Origin: Candidatus Omnitrophota bacterium
GTDB taxonomy: Bacteria; Omnitrophota; Gorgyraeia; Tantalellales; Tantalellaceae
Assembly (NCBI GenBank): GCA_014728075.1
Contig: WJMG01000019.1
Location: forward strand, 1-60,060
DNA length: 60,060 bases
Reading direction: 5' to 3'
Shown here: in pieces, positions 22,501 to 31,500 of the stretch
Numbering within the stretch: the first letter of the stretch is position 1
How the letters are laid out: each line of letters starts with the position of its first letter
Made by a program: the position numbers and the translations under genes
Notes under the pieces: model-generated
What the model saw: only the letters and a program-made list of their open reading frames with translations
What the model was told of the DNA's origin: nothing
Databases searched by the model: none

Positions 22501-25500
22501 TCAATACCGTTTTTCTTCAACACATCTTCGTGCGGCACATATTGCGTGTAAACCAGGCCGGGTTTTCCCTTTACTCTGCCTATGTCAAGGACCCATACCC
22601 ATCCGTCGTTCCTGACTACGGGCTTTCTCTTTCCGGAAGCGGCGAGCAGGACTTCGGCTTCCTGAGAAGGCGCTCCCGAAAGCACCTCTTCTTTTTCTCC
22701 CTCCTGAGGAGCTCTGGCCATAAGCCCCGAGGCGTCCTCTCCCCGCCTTTGGGAAAGAGGCTCCCCGATGTTTATCTCCCTTCCCGCCACCTGTCCTATC
22801 GGCTCATCCGGGCTATCCGCGTAGGAAACGAAGATCCTTCCGGCCAGTGCCGGATTCTCTCCGTTCTCGGCAAGGCGCCCGGGCGCGTCGGACCACTGCG
22901 TATAGATCTTTCCCATATACCTTTCGACCAGGGCAAGCCTGCCTCCGGGCATATTGACACCCGAAACATCCGTACCCTCTATATCTTCCCGTGAAAGCAC
23001 ATCCACTCTTTCGGAGATATTGAAGATGCCTCCTCGCGCTGTCTTTATCCCGGGGGCGGAAGCCCATATTTCTCTCTGGGAGGACAGCGCTCCTTCCGCG
23101 TCCTCGTAGCTCACGAAAGTCTTGCCGGGCGTAGCGGCCTCCACCACATAGAAAACCCTCCCCTTCCCGGGATAATTTATTTCGTATATATCCCGCAGCA
23201 GTTTGCCTTCCGCGGTGAACACCTGCATTACATCCAGAGTGCTTCCCTCCGGAAGCGTTACGCTTTCCCCCTGGTAAACGGCCTTTCTGCCGGACATATC
23301 GCAATGCATCCTCCCCACGGTAACTTCCTCGTAGGGCGCGACTTGTATATCCCTGAGGTCCGAAGCGTCAAGGGCTTTTTCCGCTTTTACGGGTTCCTTC
23401 AGCTTAAAATCCGCTATCTTATACCGGGGAGCCGCCGTCTCCGGGTCGGTAGGGGCGTAAAGGGATATCCCTGTAACATTCTCCCCGGAATCGTCGTATG
23501 TAAGCGTCGCGCTGGATGTATTAAAAAGTTCCGCGGGCCATTTTTGCCTGTCCGGGCTTCCGGGAAGTTCCAGGATAAGCGTCCTGTCCGGGGCTATCTT
23601 TACAGGTACCGAACCGGCCAGAGGCCTGTGCCGCTGGTATACCCTGCCCTCGAAACCGATCGCGACAACATCTCCAGAAGACCTTCCCACCTGCATCTTC
23701 AGGCGGCCCCTTCCCGCCTGGGACGGTGAGGGCCTTTCGCCCACGACCAGGTCCACAAGCCCCTCGCCGGGCCTTGTAAGAAAGGATAACTGCTTACGGC
23801 CTTCCGGGGTAAGGATATCTATCTGGTCACCCTTATATACTCTCTCTCCTTCTATCATCCTATAATTCCGGCTTCTTACCATTATCGATCCGTCAAGTAT
23901 CTCTATCCCTTCACCGTAAGGCACCTCCGCTACGGTACCCTCTTTAACCTTTCTCGTACGCACAGTTTCACTGAACTCGCGGTAGCCCGAGATCTCGCCG
24001 CTGGACCTGTCGTATTCTATACCGCTTTCCGCGGGGTCCCTGAAAACCGCCACGACCGGCCTCCTGCCACCTTCCGTCACCTTACCCGCTACGGTAACCT
24101 TTTTGACCCTTCCGGAACCGTCTTCCTCGTACTCCACAAAGACCGTTCCTCCTTCGGGAATGCTCACCCCTCCGACTTCTTTCACGCCTTCCGAAAAAGG
24201 CACGGACTCCAGGAAGGTCACGGAAACCGCCGTTATCGACGGCCCTATTGTCTTCTCCGGCGCGGAAGGATGCGGCGCGTTCACATTGAGCTGGCCCAGT
24301 ACGATAGATTCCGCCTCCATCTGACCGGGTATATTCTCGTAAATGACCCCCGAAAAAACGCCTTCCGCGGGCTGCGTTACAGACCCGCCTTCCTCTTCCG
24401 GCCTTACGCTGAAAGAACGCAACACCCTGCCGGACGGATCTACCACGGAAGCATAAACCGCCCTCAGCCTTTCCTGCCTGAGCACCGGGTCCCAGTAGAA
24501 GACCTTTTTGGTCCTCAAAGAATCGCCGTTCTCCATTTTCTCTATCAAAAGCCTGGAATATTCGCCGGTAAAGGCCCTGTCGACATATACCGTCTCGAGG
24601 TATTCGACGCGCCCCCTCAAACGCGCGTGGAAAAGCGTGTTCTCTCCTCTTTCTATCTCCTCTTCGGTGAATTGAGGCGTGGTGACGACATGCTTGACCC
24701 TGCCTCCGGTGGTTATTATCCTCCTTATCCTGGTGCCGTTATTGTCGTGTATACTGGTCTCCACAAGGTCCATGTTCTTGTTGTAATGGTCCTGCACCCT
24801 GGCTTCCTCGTAATAAGGCCATGTGTCCCGGTCGAATACCGGATATGTCATCCAGTTATCCTCACCGTTCCTCAGTCTTCCCGAAACCCTCATCTCCGCG
24901 CTCTTACCTTCTCCACCGCGGCCCCGGTGCACTACGCTGGTCTTGATCCAGGCCTCTACCATACGCCCGCCGGTCTCCACTCTTCCTTTCAAAGATGTCC
25001 TCCAGTCCTTGCTGCTATAGAATTCCGCCATCATCTGACGGAAAGTTACACCCTCTTCCACCAGTTCCGTTATGCGCCTTCTTTCCGCCATCTGGAAGTG
25101 CCTTCTCTGCGCTTTTTCCCACGGGGTCTCGGGCCCCATCTCCCCGTCGTAAAAAATGGGCCTTCCCAGTATATGCATGCCCAGGGCGTCTACCGGGTCT
25201 TCCCAGCTGCCCTTTCCGTCCTCGCCCCGGTACTCTATCAGGGGTGTATCCGCTATATCCCGGTATTTCTCCAGTAAAGGCTCGTGCGACTCCAGATGAT
25301 AAAGCAGCTTTTCGGGGACCACCTGGCCTATATCGGGTCCGGAGGGCATCACCGCTTCCGCCCGCGGGTCGGCCGCGCCTATAATACTGCGGGGAGAGAA
25401 GTTCGGATACTTGAAAAAGCTGTCCCCCTGCTTATACAAGGCCTCTTCCAGAAGGTTCACCCTGCCGCCGTATTTCGGATCGAAGACAGAACCCATCCTC

Positions 25501-28500
25501 TCGGCGAAATCGCCTTCTACCTGAGGCATCTTGCTGAGGTCCCTTCTCAAAGAAACCTGTTTTCCGTATTCGAAACCGGAATTGAGAAGTGATTCAGCGG
25601 TCACGCCGCCCCATTGCGGCACCAGCACCGCGGCGGCCTTGCCCAAAAGAAGCCTAAATATATCAAGGCCTCCCACCCTCTCTTCCTCACCGATCTTGAC
25701 TATGGGAAAATCTTCAGGCCCGGTAACGGCCCTGGATATATCGGATATCACTACCGACTGGCCCTTGGGTATATGCGCCCGGTACTTGATCCCGACCGCT
25801 ACATACCCCTCGGCCACATCTACGAAAATCCCCATGTTCCCGTCCTCGTCCCCTATATAGACCCTCCCCCCTATGGCCCTGCCCGCCATGAACAGACCCA
25901 GTTTTGCCGTTATGTCCTTCGCCCTTTTCCCCTTATCCTTAATGATATAGCCTTCACCCGTCGCCTGAGCATCTCTTATGGCGGCCCTCATCCGGTTGAA
26001 ATCCAGAAGGCTTTCGTATTCCGTAAAAACATCCCTGACCGCGGCCAGGTAGGCCAGCTCGGGGGTAACGCTCAACCCGTCAATGGAAACATAACCGTCT
26101 ATCAGTTTAAGCTGGCCGCGGTCGAACTGGATCGCCCGGTCAAGAAAATCCACCTTCTCCCCGCACAGAGCGTCTATCAGCTTCGGCAGCAGGGTCTTAT
26201 ACTGCCTCTCCACTCTTTCCCTCATCTTTTCAAGCTCGTCCGAAGCTTTATCCAACTGATCGCTCCCTCTGCGGGAAGGCGAATTGGCTCTCACGAAACG
26301 CTCGGCGGCACTGTACCTTCCCTCGTCCATAAGCCCGTTAAGCCGTCTCACCAGCTCTCCGGCTTCCTTTTCCCCCAGCCCTCTTTTTTCGGCGTTCTCC
26401 CTTAACTCGGTTTCAATGACCTCCTCGTAAAGCTGAAAAGCCTTAAGGTCGAAACCCCTCTGATGATAATACCGCGCCTGCAGGTAAACGAACTGCGCCT
26501 CGGAATCGAAAGGTATTATGTAAGAAGGCTGAAGGTCACTTCCTTCGCCGCTTTTCATGTACTCCCTGCGGTGGGAGCCCCATTCCCTCGCCATTATCGC
26601 TACCTTGGCGGGCCTGGTGACGGTGAATCTCCTGCCCCTGACCGTCACTTCGTCGCCTTCCGAAATGCCGGGGTCGGCCAGATGGGAGAACCCGGGGGTC
26701 CTCAGGATATCGGCCCTGTCGGGGATGCTTATGGTATTCTTCCTGCCGCTTCCCACCAGCACCATGTACGGACTGTCTATAACGACACCTATACCCGTTC
26801 CTCCTCTGAGCCCGTCCTTATTGGAATATAATACCTCGAACTTTATCTTGCCGGGTTCCGCGCCCGTCCAGTGGGGCACCACGACATCCTTTACCTCTCC
26901 GGTGACCTCGTCCTCTACAGTGTTAACCTCGATTATACCCGTCATGTCCACGGGCGGGGCCCGTGCAGCCGCCCGGGACAGGTCAGGCACCTCGCCTACG
27001 GGAGGGCCTTCAATATCCGGCTCTTCATCAGATGCTTCAAGAGCCCTGTCCGCTTCCTCGGCAAGGGCCGGAGACAGGCGGACCTCCTTCTCTTTCTCCG
27101 CTCCGGCCGCTCTTCTCTGGGCGAATTCTATCCCCGGCCGCGTCGGATTGAGGTTATATCCTTTATGGGGCAGCGTACCGCAACCGCTAAGGAATATCAC
27201 GGTAATAGCGCCTATGGCCATGTAAGGCAGCACGCTTCTTCTCAAGTACTCCAGCTTGTCCCCCATCCTTTCCCTGACCTTGCCGAACATTTCTTTTTTA
27301 AGGTCCGCTTCGGTATCTATCTCGGGAAAGACCTGGGCAATGATCACATACAGCTCCTCGATGAGCGCTTCTCTTTTCCGGTCGGCCCCGGCAAGCTCCA
27401 GGCGCACCTTTTCCCCGGCTTCCCGGTACCTTTTAAGCGCCGCAGCCGCTTCGGTATCTTCAGGATCTTCTTTAACGATGGAGCGAAAGGCACCGGCCTT
27501 GTACTCAAGGTATTCCTTCTGCATCTCAAGGTATACGGAAAGGGCCATCTGTGACTGTATCTCCCTGCCTATGCGGGTGACTTCCGGGTCTATAAGGCCG
27601 TAGCGTTGTTCGGCGTTCTCCAGCTTAACGGCCCTGCCGTACCCGGGCCTTTCCGGGTCTTCGGGTTCGCTCAGGATAGCCAGGACCACGAAATCCCGGG
27701 TGAACGGCTTGCCGGTCTCCCGATTGGTCATCATAGCTTCCATGCTCCTGAGGTACGCCTCCCTGATCCGGGCCTGTCCTTCGTTCCCCGGGTCAAAGGC
27801 TTCTTCCAGCTTAAGGTCCACCATTTCCCTGATCATTTTCAACTCTTCGGGGGATACCGTCCTTTTTTCCCGCTGGACCACAAGCTTGACGGCAAAATCC
27901 TTGAGAATAGCCAGCTTCTCGCCGGTCAGGACTTCCAGGTCCCCCAGCCCCTGGTCCTCGGCGAGCCTCCACGCCAGGGCCGATGTCATGATATCGAAAA
28001 GCCTGTTTATCTTATCCTCGAGAGAAGGTTCCCCGACCCTTCTCTCGTTGACGATCCACTCGTCGTAAGCCCTGACCACATTGGAATAGAAAAGGTCCTG
28101 TGAAAGGCCTTCACCCGACATTTCGAAAAAAGCTACTCTCTCCTTTTCGGCCTCGTCTATCTTTTCCCTCGCCGCTTTGACCCTGGCCTGTCTCTCTTCG
28201 CTTATTTCACGGACCTGACGCGCCAGAGCCTGCACCTCGGCATAGGTCACGCTGAACTCTTCCGGGTCTATACCGAGCCTTCCGTAAGCTTCGGGCTCTT
28301 CGGTAAAAAACCCGGACATCTTTTCCATAGCGTAGGAAGCGAATCCCGCCCGGTAATACGCCTCTTCCTTCTCGCCCTGTTCAATAAGAGAAGGTATTTC
28401 CTTCGCGTCTTCTCTCACGGTATCGAAAAGCTGGCGGTAATTCCTGAAGGCCGATACCCTGCGGCTGAAATCCTGTTCTTCTCCCCGCTCCTCCTCCAGT

Positions 28501-31500
28501 ATCTCCTCAAGCTCCCTTCGCGCCTCATCCACGCTTTCAGAAAGGTCGGAAGCGAACGCCAGTGTGGTCTCTATCCTTTTATTATTGGCCTCGTGGTAGG
28601 AGAAGATCCCCTTCATCTCCTCCGGCACTTCTTCCAGGTCCACCAGGGTCTCTTCCGCCGGTGTCTCTTCGAGGCCTTCGTCCCCCGGACCCTCATCTTC
28701 CGCGACAGTCTCCTCTTCACGCACGCCCGGAGATTCTTCTTCGCGAACGCTCTCCAGATAAGGCGCGGCTTCCTCTTCCGAAAGCGCGGTCTCCTCTTCC
28801 GCCGTCCTGTCCTTTCCGGGGTCCGTACCCGAGTCCCCTCCGGGCGGAGCGGCCGCGGATTCCTCTTCCGCCGCATCCCGGACATCCGCCGGCGGAGCGG
28901 CCGGCTCTTCCGATACGGCCTCATCTTCTTTCTCTTGCACGGCAGCCTCGAAAAATACGATATGATAATCCCTGTCGTCCCTGTCCAGATCGAAGAGCTC
29001 CATCTGCCTGTCAAGTTCTGGCTTTTTCGCCGCCAGCGCGCTCTTTGTGTGGGTATTCTGGTCCCAGTGGTTTATGAGCATATCTATATAAAAATTCGCT
29101 GCTTCGTCTATCACGGACTCCAGCTCCGAGTCGCTTATTCCACCGATAGATTCCGGAGGTATATACGCCAGGTATTCGAATATCTCGTTCTCCTGCATCC
29201 CCATCGCGGAAGAATACGCGTTCCTCAGCTTGTCGTTGAAAGCTCTCAGCCTCTCTTGCCTCAGGTCTTCCGGAGCCGGACCTTCCTCGGGCTTTTCTTC
29301 CGCGCCCTCGCCGAAAAGTTCCTCTACCGTTTTCGCGGCGAGTTCCAGGTCCCGTTCGAGGTCGCCCTCCCGCGCGTTCAGAAGGGACATAAGGTCTTTG
29401 ACCTTCCAGTTCGCCCTCGCCCCCGAGCCGTTTATCTCCCATCCGTCCTTTTGCGGCAGTTCCATCACGCTTCCCAGGACCTCTAACATCTCCCCTCGCA
29501 TCTCTTGCGGAGTTTCCGTAAGAGCGCTCTCGATAGTGCGGAGGCGCTCAAAAAGCGTATCCCATTTTTCCTCCGGAAGACCTATAAGGGATATAGCCGC
29601 TCCGTTGGCAACATTGAACCCGAGCCTTTCGAGCGCTTCCCTCCTTCGTCCGTCCAGTATCTCCCTAAGCCTTTTATCACTGTAGGAAAGAAGGGATATC
29701 CCTTTGCCGTTATAGATATCTATACCTATCCGGTCTATCGTCTTCACCTTGTCCCTGAGATATACCCTGCTCCCTTCCTGCGTAAAGCTTTCCAGGTATT
29801 TGGGGACTTCCGTTATTCCCAGTATCCTGAGGGCCTCGGCATTGTCCGCCATGTGCATCTTCATCCTGCCGTCGGTCCTCTTGAGGGTCCTGTAATATTC
29901 CAGTATCTTGGGCTTGATACTGGAATTCCCGCTCAGACGGAGCTGTGAAACGCCGGTCTCCGCCTCGGGGCGCGTCTTCGCCACATACCATTTTATCCTT
30001 CTGAGCAGCTTGAAAGCCTGCCTGGTGGCGGAGTCGTACGGGTCGAACTCTTCTTCGGCGGAAGCCGAATACTTTTCCTCATCGAACATCTTTTTCGCGT
30101 CTATGAGAAGCGCGTCGAAATTTCCCGTATCGACCCCGTTCCTGTTCCGGCTGTACATTATCCACAAAGCGGCCATCTGCGCGCCTTCGTCCATGAGCAT
30201 AAAATCGTATATGTCCCTTATGTTTATGGCTATCTCCTCGGCGCCCCGGTCTTCCGCTGTGGGGCCCGAAGGGCCGAGCACGAAATGCCCCAGTTCGTGG
30301 TTCATGACCCAGGCGACCGCCCTTTCGATATCCCTGTCGTCAAGCTCCTTTCTTTTCATGGACTGCTGATACCTGTCTCCCATCACCCTTCTCATAAAAG
30401 CCTTGGTAACCTTTCTTTTGGAGTCACGGGCGCTTTTCAGAAGCTCGATGTCTATTTCTATTACATTCTTGTCACGGTTTATGTTCATGGCCCTGGCGTT
30501 GCCCTTTACAACAGCCACCTTACAGCCTTTGAGCGCGGTCCTCGTCGGGAAAGAAGTATCTCCGGGAAGAGTGGCTTCGTAAGCCCTCTCAAGTATCTCC
30601 TTAAGTTCCTCCGGGAGCTCTCCCCCGACCGGGTAAAGGCCGCCCGGATGAACCTCGGCCTCGTAAACTTTTTCCAGCACCCCGTCCGCGTCCCCGGATA
30701 TCAGTATCGGGGAGTTATACTGGGGTTCCATTACCATTTTCACTATTTCCTCTACCCGCTCCTCGAACTCGGCATATTCTTCCCAGTTCGTAGGCAGGTA
30801 CCCCTCGCGTTTAAGACTCCGGACAACGGCGGGCTTTACTTCCCTGGGGTCGGACTTTTTCTCTTCCGACAGGCGCAGCCTCAGGTCCCTCGCTATCATC
30901 TCGGCAGAGTCGTCTATGTTCCGGATAATGTCTTCCCTGTATCCTATGAATTCCTCTATCTTCTGTTCTATTCCAGCCACTCTCGCTTTCAGGTCGTCTA
31001 TGTCGTCCGCTATTCCGTCCATGTCCCCGCTTTTCAGCGCCTCGAGCTCAGCCAGCAGCCTGGAGGTCTGAGTTCCTTCCTCTCTTTCACCCTCACGCCT
31101 CGCGATGAATATATCTCGCTGGACCTTGTTGGCGGGGTTGAACTCCAGGTATTCCCCGTTCTTCATCACCGCTATGTACGAAGTACCCTTATCCGTATTA
31201 TCCTGCACGACCACGGTCCTTCCTATCCTGTCGACCACCACTCTCTCCATAAGGACCCGCTCGAAAAGTTCGGGGCTGACGGGAGGAAAATCCATATCCT
31301 GTATCCGCGGCTCCACGATCTGTCTGTACCTGTTACGGTATGTCTCTACCCACTGCTTTTTGATAGAATCCAGATCTTCGGGGAATTCGAAGGCCGCTTC
31401 CGCGAGCGCGTGGAAAACGACGGACTTCATACGGGACAGGTCTCCCCTGGCGGCGTAGAAATAAGCTTCCACCGCAAGCTGGTACCTTCCCGAATCCAGA

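Noticed and set aside
27175-27216. Treating the in-frame Met before the lipobox as the start of a separate gene, which would split the 10,554-aa ORF.
   Set aside because: There is no stop codon upstream in frame and no convincing SD, and the frame and codon style are continuous. It is kept as a finding (possible processing or internal start) but not annotated as a separate CDS.
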